Shown in pieces: positions 27,797-41,400 of a stretch of DNA of 64,000 nt. The notes under the pieces were generated by a model, which searched no databases, was not told where the DNA came from, and saw nothing but the letters and a program-made list of their open reading frames with translations. The stretch comes from the human T2T-CHM13v2.0 reference genome, Homo sapiens: assembly GCF_009914755.1 (NCBI RefSeq), contig NC_060940.1; one strand, written 5' to 3'. The position numbers and the translations under genes were made by a program. Numbering within the stretch: the stretch's first letter is position 1; every line of letters starts with the position of its first letter.

Positions 27797-30700
27797 AAGG
27801 GAGGTAAAATTTCCTTGAGAAAGCGATTATACTGCTAAAAGTTTATCCTGTTAATCTTTCTCCCAGCCTTGCCCAAAGGGACCTACTGCTTTTTATCAGG
27901 ATAACTGTGCACTAGAGAAAAGGAAATGATGAGACCTTTTGGGGACTACTGAACACTAGTTCTGAACTGACACTGATTCTAGGAGACCTAAAATGTCACT
28001 TGTCCCTCCAGTCAGAATAGGGGCTTATGGTGGTCAGGTGATCAATGGAATTTTAGCTCAGGTCTGTCTTACAGTGGATCCAGTGAGTCCCCAAACACAT
28101 CCTGCAGTTATTTCCCCAGTTCCAGAATGGATAATTAGAATAGACATACTTAGCAGTTGGCAGAATCCCCATACTGGTTCTTTGACCTGTAGAGTGAGGC
28201 CCACTATGATGGGTGAAGCCAAGAGGAAGCCATTAGAACTGCCCCAGCCTAGGAAAACAGCCAACCAAGAGCAATACTACATCCTTAGAGGGACAGCAGA
28301 GATCAGTGCCATCATCAATGACTTGAAAGATGCAGAGGTAGTGATTCCCACCATATCCCTTATTCAGCTCTCTTATTTGGCTTCTGCAGAAGACAGATGA
28401 ATCTAGAAGAATGTCAGTGGATAATCATAAGCTTAACCAAGTGATCACTCCAAGTGTAGCTGCTGTATCAAATGTGGTTTCATTGGTTGAGCAAATTAAT
28501 TCATCCTCTGGTAGCTAGTATGTAGCTATTGATTTATCAAATGCCTTTTTCTCCATCTCTGTCCATAAGACCCACCAGAGCAGTTTTATTGCAGCTGGTA
28601 AGGCTAGCAATACACCTTCACTGTCCTACTTCAGGGGTATATCAACTCTTCAGTCGTATGTCATAATTTAGTTTGCAGGGATCTTGATCATTTTTTCCTT
28701 CCACAAGCTATGACAATGGTCCTTTACATTGATGACATTATGCTGATTTGTCCTAGTGAATGAGAAGTAGCAACTACTCTAGACATTGGTAAGACATTTG
28801 TGTGTTAGAGGATGGGAAATAAATCCAACTAAAATTTAGGGACCTTCTTCCTCAGTGAAATTTCTAGGGGTCAGTGGTGTGTGGCATGTTAAGATACCCC
28901 TTTTAACGTGAAGGATAAGTTGTTGCATCTGGACCCTTCTACATCCGAGAAAGAGACAGATGGCCTACTGGGCCTACTTGGATTTTGGAGGCAACACATT
29001 CCTCATTTGAGTGTGTTATGCTGGCCTACTTACCAAGGGGCCCCAAGAGCTTCTGGTTTTCAGTAGGGCCCAGAACAGTAGAAGGCTCTGCAACAGGTCC
29101 AGACTGCTGTGCAAGCTGCTTTGCCACTTGGGCCATATGACCCAGCAAATCCAATGGTGGTTGGTTAGTGGCAGAGAGGGATACTGTGTGGGGCCTTTGG
29201 CAAGCCTTTATAGGTGAATTGAAGCACAAGTATTTAAGATTTTGGAATATGGTCCTGCCATAATCCACAGATAGCTAGTTTCCTATTAAGAGACAGCTCT
29301 TGGCCTGCTACCGGGCCTTCGTGGAAACTGACGATTTGACCATGGGCCACTAAATTGCCGTATGACCCGAATTGCTCTTCATTAACTGGGTCTTATCTAA
29401 ACCACCGAGCCATAAAGTGGGCATGCACAGCAGCACTTCATCATCAAATGGAAGTGGTATGTATGTGATCAAGCCTGGGCAGGCTCTAAAGGCACAAGTA
29501 CGATACATGAAGAAATGGCCTGGATGCCTGTGCTCCCCACTCTTGCTACCCTGCCTTCTCTCTCCCAACTTGCACCTTTGGGCTCATGAGGAGTTAGTTC
29601 CCTATGATCAGTTGACAAAGGAAGAGCAGACTAGGACCCAGTTTACAGATGTTTCTGTACGGTGTGCAGACACCACCCAGAAGTGGACAACTACAGCACT
29701 GTAGTCACTTTAGGACATCCCTGAGGGACAATAGTGAAGGGAAATCTTCTCGGTGGGCAGAACTTTGAGCAGTGCACCTGGTTGTGCACTTTGCTTGGGA
29801 GGAGAAGTGGCCATACATGTGACTATATCCTGATTCATGGGCTGTAGCCAATTATTTGACTGGCTGGGCAGGGACTTGGAAGGAATATGATTGAAAAAAT
29901 TGGTGACAAAAAAGTGTGGGGATGAGGTGTGTGGATAGACATCTCTGAGTGGGCAATAAACATGAAAATATTTGTGTCCTAGGTGAGTGCTTACCAAAGG
30001 GTGACCTCAGCAGAGGAGGATTTTAATAATTGACTTGATAGAATGACCCGTTCTTTGGATACCAGGCAGCCTCTTTCCCCAGACACCCTGTCATCACACA
30101 ATGGGCTCATGAACAAAGTGGCCGTGGTGGCAGGGATGGAGGTTATGCATGGGCTCAGCAGCATAGACTTCCACTCATCAAGGCTGACCTGGCTATGGCC
30201 ACCGCTGAGTGCTCAATCTGCCAGCAGCAGAGACCAACACTGAGTTCCTGATATGGCACCATGCCTAGGGGTTATCAGCCAGCTACCTGGCGGCAGGTTG
30301 ATTACATTGGACCCCTTCCATTATGGAAGAGGCAGCATTTTATCCTTATGGAAATAGACATGCTGGATACAGATTTGCCTTCCCTGCCTGCAGTGCTTCT
30401 ACTGAAACTGCCATTCATGGACTTAGAGCATGCTTTATTCACTGTTATGAAATTCCACACAGCATTGTGTCTGATCAAAGAAATCACTTCAAAGCCAAAG
30501 AGGTGGGCAGTGAACTCACACTCATGGAATTCACTGGTCTTACCATGTTCCCCATCATTCTGAAGCAGCTGGCTTGATAGAATGGTGGAATGGCCTTTTG
30601 AAGAGTCAGTTATGTTGCCAGCTAGGTAGCAATACCTTGCATGCCTGGGCAAGATTCTCCAGAAGGCTATATATGCTCTGAATCAGCATCTAGTATATGG

Positions 30701-31328
30701 TGCTTTTTCTCTGATAGCCAGAAATTTATGGATCTGGGAATCAAGGAAGTGGAATGGGAGTGGTACCACTCATTATTACCCCTAGTAATTTTACCACCAG
30801 CAAAATTTTGCTTTCTTTTCCCATGACTTTATGCTCTCCCAGCATGGAGGTCTCAGTTCCAGAGGGAGGAATACTTCCAGCAGGAGACAGAACAATGATT
30901 CTATTGATAGTTAACACTGCCACCCAGCCACTTTGGGGTTCCCATGCCTCTGAGTTAACAGGCCAAGAAGGAAGTTATGAAGTTGGCTGGAGTGATTGAT
31001 CTGGACTACTAAGGGGAAATTGGACACTACTCTACAATGGAGAAAAGGAAAAATGTGTCTGGATACAGGAGATCCCTAAAGACATCTCTTAGTATTACCA
31101 TTACCTGTGATTAAGATCAATGAAAAACTACAACAACTCAATACAGGCAAAACTATGAATGGCCCAGACCCTTTAAGAATGAAGGTTTGGGTCACCCTGC
31201 CAGGTAAGGAACCACCACCAGCTGAGGTGCCCACTGAAGGTAAAGGGAATACAGAATAGGTAATAGAAGAAAGTAGTTACAAATACCAGCTATGACCATG
31301 TGACCAGTTACAGAAACAAGGACTGTGA
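27797..31328 (+). pseudogene. ERV-L pol remnant (protease, RT, RNase H, integrase, dUTPase)
   Basis: Degenerate protease motif LLNTSSELTLI (~27945), AIDLSNAFFSI (~28525), [11 protein letters not shown] (~28617), RT active site YIDD (TACATTGATGAC 28725-28736), integrase WRQVDYIGPLP (ORF 30261), dUTPase-like EVSVPEGGILPAGD (ORF 30754). Confidence 0.9.
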
Positions 31329-31682
31329 TTGGCATGATTATTGGCATTATTTTGTTATGGATATGTTTGTGTGTATATATACATATGGTAAGCAAATATC
31401 TTTGTTTTCTTTGCTCTTTTAGTTCTTTATCATGTAACGTAAGATGTATTGACTTTATATCAGTATTTTTATGTCTTAGTATTTAAGTTATAGGATACCA
31501 GGACAAGAGGAATCATTACTCAAGGACTTCATCTCCTTTTCTGGGGAGGGGATTATTGCATTTTCAGTTGTACAAAGTCTAATTGTATCACATCAGGTGG
31601 AATTATGTCCTTGTTATTCTTTATTTGGAGGTTCTTTATTTAAGAAGGTGTGTATGGATGCCAAGTTGAGAAAGGGTGGACT

Positions 31683-32179
31683 TGTGATGGTTAATTTTGC
31701 ACATGCAGTTAACCTTGACTGGGCTAAGGGGGGTACCCAGATAGCTGGTAATACATGATTTCTGGGCATGTCTGTGAGGGTGTTTTCAAGAAATTATCAT
31801 TTGAATCAGTAGACTGAGTAGAAAAATTGCCTTCATTGACATAGGCAGGCACCATCTAATCTGTTGAGGACTCAGAACAAAAAGGCAGAGGAAGGGTAAA
31901 TTCACTCTCTCTTTTTGAGCTGGAACATTAATTTTTTCCCGCCTTTGGGTGTTGGTGCTCCAGGTTCTCAGTCCTTCAGACGTGGACCAGGACCTACTCC
32001 ATTGGCACCTATGGTTCTCAGGTCTTTGGGCTCAGATTTCAAACATTGGACTAAACTATACCCCTGGCTTTCTTGGTTCTCTGGCTTGCAGATGGAAGAC
32101 TGTAGGACTTCTTGGCTTCCATAATTATGTACACCAATTCACGTTATTGATTTTTTTTTGGAGAACCCTGACTAATACA
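31683..32179 (+). mobile_element. ERV-L LTR, MLT2B/MLT2D-like (3' LTR)
   Basis: Starts TGTGATGGTTAATTTT; contains CTTGACTGGGCTAAGG, CCCAGATAGCTGGTAA and TTTGAATCAGTAGACTGAGTA; ends GGAGAACCCTGACTAATACA. Confidence 0.9.
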
Positions 32180-35100
32180 TTGTGCCTACACCGTAGATGA
32201 GGGCGTGAGTGCCCCTTCCATGGATTGAGAGTGGGGAAGAGGTAGTTTCTCTGAGGAAAGCTAGAGAAACGGTATTGTGTCCTGGTTAAAATCACGGATT
32301 ATGGAGCCAGCATTCCTAGCCTCAGATCTGTGTGACCTTGGACAAATAACTTAAATCCATTTATGCCTTAGATTCCTCAGCTAAAAAATGAGTTAAATAA
32401 TAGTTTCTACTTGATAGCATTGTTATGAGTATCAAATACATAGATATCTGTAAAAGCACTTAGGACAGTGTCTGGTGCATGGCAAGAGCTATATATGTGA
32501 TGATGATGATGACAATGACAATGAATAACAGTGCACACATGCTGAGCAGCCAGCAAGGACAGGTGTCTTGTCAGACAGACCAGGAAAGGGTGAAGAATGA
32601 GCAGGTTCTCTGTCTGCCACCTGGCAGTCCTTCCTAGAAGTGTGGAGGCTCTGTAAGTGGCATGAGACCCCTCTCTGTATGAATGAAGGAGTGCAGCCAT
32701 TCATTGCCTTGAGCATGAGGAGAGCAGGAAGTACTCCCTGCAGCCAGCATGCATAGGATTTGGCAGCCTACCTGAAATGATTCTATCTCTGGATACAGTT
32801 CCAAAAAGGTCAGTTGGCACCAAGGATGATGAATTGGTCCAGACACCTGAACTGGCTTGACTCAGTTCATTGACCTTTTTCTGCTCATGGTTGGAGGCAT
32901 GATTAAAGACCTAGCCACACCTGCTTGCCCACCTGGCCAGACTCTCCTTTAGCTGCCCCTGATACTCATGCAGGTATGGAGGGGTGCCCTCTCCTTCTGC
33001 ATGACCTTGGAGGAACTGGTGTGCAGCAAGTTCGTGAAGCAGAAACACACAGGCGGTGACCTTGGACAAGGCTCCATCCACGATAAAGGATGTGCTTGGT
33101 TGCATCCTCTACCCTCTGCTGTTCCAAGCCCAGTCTGAGCCAGGCAATATTATGGATATTAGTAGAGCTTTGTGCTGTTGGCATTATCCTACAGCTATGT
33201 TCACATCATATCACATTGAGGCAATTTTATGAACCAGGCACTGTCCCGTGAACCTAGCTGCTGAGCCAACCATTCAATAACAATGAGAATAGACAACATT
33301 TATGGGCACTCGCCATTGGAGGGCCACAAAGTGTGGCAGAGTTCATGGATGATGCTCCTGGTCACCCACAGTCATCCTTCTTGTTCTTGATCTCACCAGG
33401 CAGGAAATCCTCAATTCATCTGTCTCTTGTACCTCTTAGAGAGACCAGGTCTCTGGTACTGTCATAAGCATTACTTATGGACATTATAGGTTATTCAGCA
33501 CTCAGAATACTGACCACATACACAGCCTCCTGTGACATCTCAGAACAAGAAACAGAGGAGTTGTCTCTGAGGGTTGGGACTAGGGTGAGTCAAGTGAGGT
33601 ACTTTCCCTGGGCACAGTTTAAGGGGTTCTCGTCTGTGTCTGTGGATAGCTGGTTGGTTGGCTGGTGGGTGGATGATCTAAGATGGCCCCTTTCACATGA
33701 CTGACGACGAGCAGGTTGTCGGCCTGTGTGATTTGGCTCTCGTCCATGTGGCATCATCCTCCATCCAACTGGCTAGCTCTGACTTGTTCATATGGTGGTT
33801 TCCAGGCTCCAAGAAGAGCAAGAGAGCATCTCCCAACACTTTTTAAGCCTTTGTATCATGTTTGCTAATGTCCTAAAAAGCTAGTCTCTGGCCAAGTCCA
33901 GATTCAAGTGGTAGAAAAATAGATTCCAGTGCCTCATTGGAGAGGAAGTATCTATGGTTAATCTATTGCAGATCCTGTTAACCCAAGAGGCCATAGCAGA
34001 ACAGAACCCCTGGAGACCATCACACTGGACTTTATAAAAATCTGCATGTTATAGTGTGGCTCAGAGTCATAGATGGCCTCATCAAAAGAATGCACCTAAT
34101 TTATTCCCTGCCTCAATCGCCAGTGGACTTAACCACCTCTAGCTATAAGTGGTTAATGTGGCAGTTTATTGATCACGTCAATGGTGGTTAAGAGTATGGA
34201 CTCTGAAATCAGACATACCTGAATTTGAGTCTTGATTCTGCCCAGATACTCATTAGGAAAACTTGGGCATGTCGTTCGACTTCTCTATGCCCTAGTCTCC
34301 TTATATGTAAAATAGGATGTTAGTACCAACCACATAGGTTTATAGTGATAATTTTAAAAATATTTAAAATGAGAAAGAGTTCACAAACAAAAGACAAATG
34401 AATTTCAAAGCCCTTACATGAAAGCGCTTGGCACAGTGCATAGCAAGCCCTTGGTACATGTAGCTAAGGCCATTTCCATTGCTCCACCTAGGTCCATAAT
34501 CAAGAATGTACTGACAATTCTCTACATTCTTCCACCCAGAGCATGCCCTTATGAGGTGATTACAGTTTCCATTTCCATTACTTCACACAAACCTCAAATT
34601 CTGTGATGCAGTGCTAAGAAAAGAACTCAAACTTTGGAGCCAGAAAATGCTGGTGTCAAATTCCAAATGGTCTCTGCTATGTATTGCTCCAATGACCTTG
34701 GGAAAATAACTTTAAGTTCTGTGACCCTCAGTTTATGTCTTTAAAATAGAGAAAATAATACCTAAATAAAGCGGTTTTTTTTTTTGGTAACTATTCAATA
34801 GGAGACTGCTTGAACCATCCCTAGAATAATGTCTGGCACAAAGAAGGCACTCAATACCTGGTTTTAAAATCATTATTAATGTCTGGAGGAGCCTCTCCTG
34901 CTCTATAAGGGATACAGGTTACCCTCTGACCTGCCAAGAAATAATAGCTAATAATAATAGCTAACTTTATTGAACAGGGTCTCTGGGCAGGCAGTACAAA
35001 AGGACTCTTTGTCTGGTTTGTCTAAAGATACCTTTTTCAACACTTTATGGCTTTAGAAATAATTTCTTATGATTTATAGTCAAGTTACTGAGTAAAACCC

Positions 35101-35744
35101 ACTGTTAGGTCCTGTGATCTCCTAATTCCATCACTAAATCAGGTCAATTAGAGATGGTAGACACTAATGTTGACCTTATCCTTTTGATCAAGTCTCACTT
35201 TGTGATAAGATAGATTAAAAATCATAAACTTGTTAAACTTGTTAAATGTTGAAGATTTGATAAAACAGAAATGAAAGTATTAAATGTATGTATACATTAA
35301 AGTATGTAAATAAGTGAGAACATGTTTGAAAATCTGGTTGAAATGGATGATTTTCTCATAAAATTGTCAATTTTGTCTCAAAAAGAAATTGAAAACCAGA
35401 ATAGGCAAATAACCGAGAAAGAAATGAAAACATTATTCAAGGATCTTTTCTTCTCGTAAAACCCCAGACAAATATGTTTCATGGGTAAAACTTCTTAAAT
35501 TTTAGAGCAACGAAGAATTTCTGTTCATTTAAAATTGTACCTGATTACAAAGAAGAAATAAAGCTTTACAATTTTTTTTAAATGAAAATGAGAGAAATCC
35601 AGCTCAAATTAGCAGTAGGAAAAGAGGGCCCATTGACTCCTGAGAAGGACATTGGGAGTAGAGTAAGAGCTTCAGGACCAAGGACCTCAAAGGCTGGAAC
35701 TGAAGCTCCAGTACTTGCAAGATACTTTTCCATTTCTGCTTTAT

Positions 35745-36590
35745 TGGTTAGTTATTTTGCTCTGTAACAAACCATTCCAAAATTTAGTGGCTTGAAACAT
35801 CAGTTATTTGTGGTTTCTCATGATTGTGTGGGTTACTTGGGTGATTCTTCTGACCTGGGTTTATTTGGGTAATCCCTGCTGGGCTCTGTCCTGGGTCTTG
35901 GTCAGCTAGTGGCTGGGCCGATGCTGGATTACCTAGAACAGCCTTGCTAGCATTGACTGAGGGCTGGCAGGCTGTCGATCTGGGCGTTTCATTTTTCCTC
36001 CATGCGTCCTCTTTTCCTCCACCAGGCTAGCTTAGTTTCACGGTTCCAAGCACGGCAAGAGAGGGAAATCCCAAAGCACAGGTGTGTGTGTGTGTATGTG
36101 TGTGTGCGTGTGTGTGTGTGTGCGTGCGTGCGTGTGTGTGTGTGAAATGGAGTCTCTTTCTGTTACCCGGGCTGGAGTGCAGTGGTGTGATCTCGGCTCA
36201 CCGCAACCCTCCCAGATACAAGTGATTCTCCTGCCTCAGCCTCCTGAGTAGCTCGGATTATAGGCACCCACCACCACGCCTAGCTAATTTTTGTATTTTT
36301 TGTAGAGACGGGGTTTCACCATGTTGGCCAGCTGGTTTTGAACTCCTGACCTCAAGCGTTCTGCCTGCCTCAGCCTCCCAAAGTGCTAGGATTACAGGTG
36401 TGAGCCACTGCGCCTGGCCAGCATAGGTGTTTTTTAAGCCTTTGTTTGTGTCACAGTGGTTATGGACAAGATCAGATTTGGGGTGGAGAAACAAACTTCA
36501 TCTCTGGATGGGAAGAATAGCAAAGTCACATGGCCAAGGAGCATGCGGGGATGGGAGACATTGGTGGCCATTGTGCAGTCTACCACACTG
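35745..36590 (-). mobile_element. MLT1F/G/H-like MaLR LTR containing an Alu
   Basis: CTGTAACAAACCATTCCAAAATTTAGTGGCTTGAAACA, AAGTCACATGGCCAAG. Confidence 0.65.
36082..36419 (-). mobile_element. AluS with (GT)n microsatellite tail
   Basis: TSD AGCACAGGTGT / AGCATAGGTGT. Confidence 0.88.
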
Positions 36591-37113
36591 ACCCTTATCT
36601 GCTGTGCCAGATGCCTCGTTTGCCCTTCCAATCCACTCTGCTTTCTCTGAGAGACTAAGCCATAATGACTGCTTCAACTGGGGCTCCCTTACCCTCTGAC
36701 CTGACCTCTGGTTGGACTCAAGGGGAGGGGCTAATAGGAGACTTGGGGAGGGGAGAGTGAGACCCTCCCCGAGTCAGTCAGTATTTATTATGGAGTCATC
36801 TTCACTCTACCTTTTGACTATAGGTTGCTGCTCCTCTACAGATCATCTTCTCTATGTAATTCTCTCCTTCTGGGTTCCAGGAGCTACTCCCTTCCTTTGT
36901 CCTCTGGCTCTTACTAGCCTCCAATCCCTTATACTTGCCCAACACCATGCCCACACCTTTAGAAACAGTCCTTTCATTGAACCTTTCTTAAACACTCTTC
37001 ACTTTAGTATGCCATCTGTTTCCTGCGGGGCCCCTGACTGATGCATCTGCTTTGTCTTGCCTCATTTGCTTCTGCTGTAGATGGAACATGTCTGCAAACA
37101 TCGTTACAGTTGA

Positions 37114-37480
<367 letters not shown>

Positions 37481-38189
37481 TAATTGATCTCAGAAAATGT
37501 TCTGATGGAGTTGGTTCTCTATCATTGGGAGAACGAACTCTTATAACCTCAGACCTGGATCCCATGGCATCCCTTTCACCCAGGAGCAGTGTATGTTATA
37601 AGAAGAGTGAAGGAGAAACTTTGATGCGCTGATGAAAGTAATAACTAATTATTATAAGCTTGCTTAACCACAATAACCGCTATTACCTAGTAAAGTTGGC
37701 ATAAAAAGTAAACTACAAGCCAGTCTCATACATGAGTCTAGATGAACATATCCCAAATAAAATAGTGAATGCTATTTTATTGTTGTCACGGACATTATGC
37801 ATTCAAATAATGTGGAGGAAACAATCTAGAGATAAAACAACAAAGAAAATTATGATCAATATAACAAAATATAGGAATAAAGATAAAAATATGCCAGCAA
37901 GGAACCGTGGAATCTGGAAAGCATAAATTTAGATGGTAGAAGTGATAGCAGAATGTTACCCAACCAATGTAAATGGATTGAAATTCTCTACTGAAAGGCA
38001 AAGACTATGAGATTGGATGAGCAATGTACAACTCTTGGCAGTGTATAAAAGATGCTTAAAGCACAGGTTTTAAAAATAAAAGGGACAAAAGTGTATCATG
38101 AAAATACATATATAAAAATGAAACATGGTCTTAATAATGATATCAAAAGAAATAGGACTCAAAACAAAAAGCATAAACGGGGGCAGATG

Positions 38190-38487
<298 letters not shown>

Positions 38488-41400
38488 CTAATGCATTACT
38501 GGTGAGTGGCAAATTAGTATATGTTTTCTAAAGAGCAAATTTTCCATACATATCCAGAGCTTTAAACACATTTTTGACCTAAGAATTACTAAATCTAATC
38601 ATTTTGACCTAAGAATGACAATTCTAGGAATTTTTGGTAAGAAACCATTTCAGGATAAATGCATAGATTTATCTAGAGTGATATTCATTGCATCAGTATT
38701 TATAATATCAAAAATTTGAAAATGACCCAAGTCTCACTACCAATTAGAGTTTATATAAGTAAAATATATTACAGTCATATGGTGGAATGCTGGCCAGTGA
38801 TTCAGTGTCACAGTGTCTGGGGATAAGGGGAATGTTCTGTGTCTTGACTGGGATGGTGCCTATACAGGTGTACACATTTTTCAAAACTCATCAAACTATA
38901 TGCTTAAACTCTGTACATTACTGTATGTAAATTATACTTTAATAAAAAGTCACAGTGATTAAAATGCCATTGGCCTGGAAATGCAGTCATAATATATTGC
39001 TAAATGAAAAAAAAAAGCAGACAACAAAACATTAGGTCAGGTATGATAGATTTAAAAATATAAAAATATATACACATGTAAAGCCAAAGGCCACATTCCC
39101 TAAATAAATTTTCGTGAATACTTAATTCTGTTCACTGTCTTATGCCAGACTTGTTACCTGCAGAGCTCTGAAGGTCACTTTGGGATGTTCTGTAGCTGGT
39201 TTCTCCAGTTTTGTTTGTTTCTGGGGCCACTCCACCTCTAGTGCAGACTCAGGTTTCCCACTTAGTTCAGTGAGGACCAAACTTGAGTGGCGGTTCCGGC
39301 GTAATCGGGAGTCACTTACAGTTCCTTCCAAATGTGGTTACTCTTGAGGTCCTCCATCCGCTGGGAGTCAGCTCAGTTCCTGGACTGAGCATCTTCAGGT
39401 GCTTCTAATAAGATTCTGGCCTCTGATAAGTCTTGACTTCAATTCATTTTTGGCCCCAGAGAAGGGGAATCTTGGCTCTGCCAACAAGGCCCTGTCCATT
39501 TCCTGCCTCAGTGTGAGTGGCAGGAAGACCACCTTGATCTTCAGGGCAAAGGCTCGCTTCCTCCTCTTGGTGTCATCCGGTCTCCTTGGCTCAGTAAAGC
39601 AACGTAACAGTCAAGTGCACTTTTCTCAACGCCTGGTTTCTTCTGTCTTACATAACCCCAAGTGGGGACACCCACAGTGAACTTTCAAAAATAATGCTCC
39701 TTCCAGGGAGCGAAGCAGCAATGAGGGTTGAACATCTCTCTTGGGATGACCATCACCTGGACCAAAAGACCCATTTACATCTCTCAAGGATAAGTAATGT
39801 CAGGGGCAATTTAGTCTAAATGATACAGTCTCCACCTCCCTTCCTCCCTTCCTCCCTTCTTCCCTCTCTCACTTATCTATTATCTCCCTACATCTGAAAG
39901 TGCACCATCCTGCTGAAATCACATCCTGTTCACATAACACTGCAGTCCATAGCTTCTGAATCCACACAGAAGTTCTCGTGGGCGATACCAAATGCCAAGA
40001 GGATGCCTTAGAAGGAGTCTGGAGATACTCGAGGATTGGCCTCTCTAGCTCAGAGGTTACACTGTCATCAAATGTCCAAAGAGCTCTTGTATAGAATTTT
40101 TGTGGTGCAGTTCTAAAGGAGAAGTAGGACTGAGGTCCATCTGTGCAGGCTAACGAAGAACAGCCCATACTGACCAACTGGTTGCTACATAATAATATTA
40201 GCTCCCCATCCGAGGATAGTAAAGCTCAATTGCCAGGCATGCTGTAGAGGGCATAGCTGTGGTAGATGTGGGTTTCTACCATGTTGGTGGTTCTACTAGC
40301 TTTTGTTGTTTTGTTGCATGCAACAGAAACCATCTTTGGTTAACATAAGTTGGAAAGGAATTCATTGGAAAAGATGTGGCATCCTTCAGAGCGTTGAAAG
40401 AAAACTTGAACAACCAGACCAGTTCTATCTGATTTTGGTTCTTGTGTTACATTCAGCCTAAATTCAAATTCCAGAAGGAGAGAGATTATCTGGCCGAGCT
40501 CAAGTTGCCTAACAAACTCTTGGGTCGGGCTTTTAAAATGTTCTTTCAAAGACTAAACGCTGTGGGGGTAGGATGGCTTTTCAAAGGAGAATCGAAGTAC
40601 TGATACGGGGAGCAGGGGGTGGGGAGGGGGAAGAAGGCACAGATGTTGCGCCAATTGGAACAACGTGTTTGCTACAATTTCTAAATGCTACATTGCAGAT
40701 TGCAGAGAGATTGGATGACAGGCTTCACCTGAAGAGATAGAGATCAGGACCTGGGAATCCATGTGTTAAAAAGTTCTTGGGTAATTCTGATGGATAGCTG
40801 GGTTTAGAAGCCAGTGTAAGGCAATATGTATAAAAGCTCTGAAACCAGAATGACTGAGTTTGAATTCCAGTTTGGCCACTAACTAGCTGATAATCTTGGG
40901 CTAGTTACCTAACCTCCCTGCTTCAGTTTCCTCATCTATAAAAAGAGGATAAAATGGCACCCACCTCATAGGGTCCACGTGAGGATTAAATGAGTTAACC
41001 TAGATGGTAAGAGCTTCATGCCGTAACTGGCACATAGGACATGCTAGTTAATATTATTGCCACAAATGATCCTTTCAAGTCTTAGATTGTGCATTTCAAA
41101 AGTCCATCCTTATTTTTGGAATTGCATGCATTTATCTTGCTTTCTGCAAAATGGAAAGGCATCTCCCATGGGCTGGTTGGAGAGAGGGGCTGATAAAATG
41201 ATGGTAATGTGATAAAATGCAGTTCTCTTGATTGTCAAGTGAATTCTGCATGATTCTTCTGCTCTCATTTGCCACGGGCTGACTGCTTCTGCAATGCAGA
41301 ACCCGCTTGTAAAGGTCAGAGTGAATTGCTTCCAAACATCCCTTTGTCCCTCACTGTCACGAAGACACAGAGCTGCATGCTGTGGAGGAAGAAGCAAATC

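Larger units (their letters stand above)
25685..32179 (+). mobile_element. Full-length decayed ERV-L provirus with discordant LTRs (MLT1A0-type 5' LTR, ERVL-B4/HERVL-like internal region, MLT2-type 3' LTR)
   Basis: TG...CA LTR termini, PBS-like TTTTGGTAC at ~26047, gag/pro/RT/IN/dUTPase remnants, purine-rich PPT AGAAAGGGTGGAC directly before the 3' LTR; internal part about 5.64 kb. Confidence 0.92.

Noticed and set aside
26087-31328. Possible domesticated ERV-L gag or pol gene
   Set aside because: Broken by many stops and frameshifts; longest ORF 135 aa; protease catalytic Asp is lost (LLNTS).
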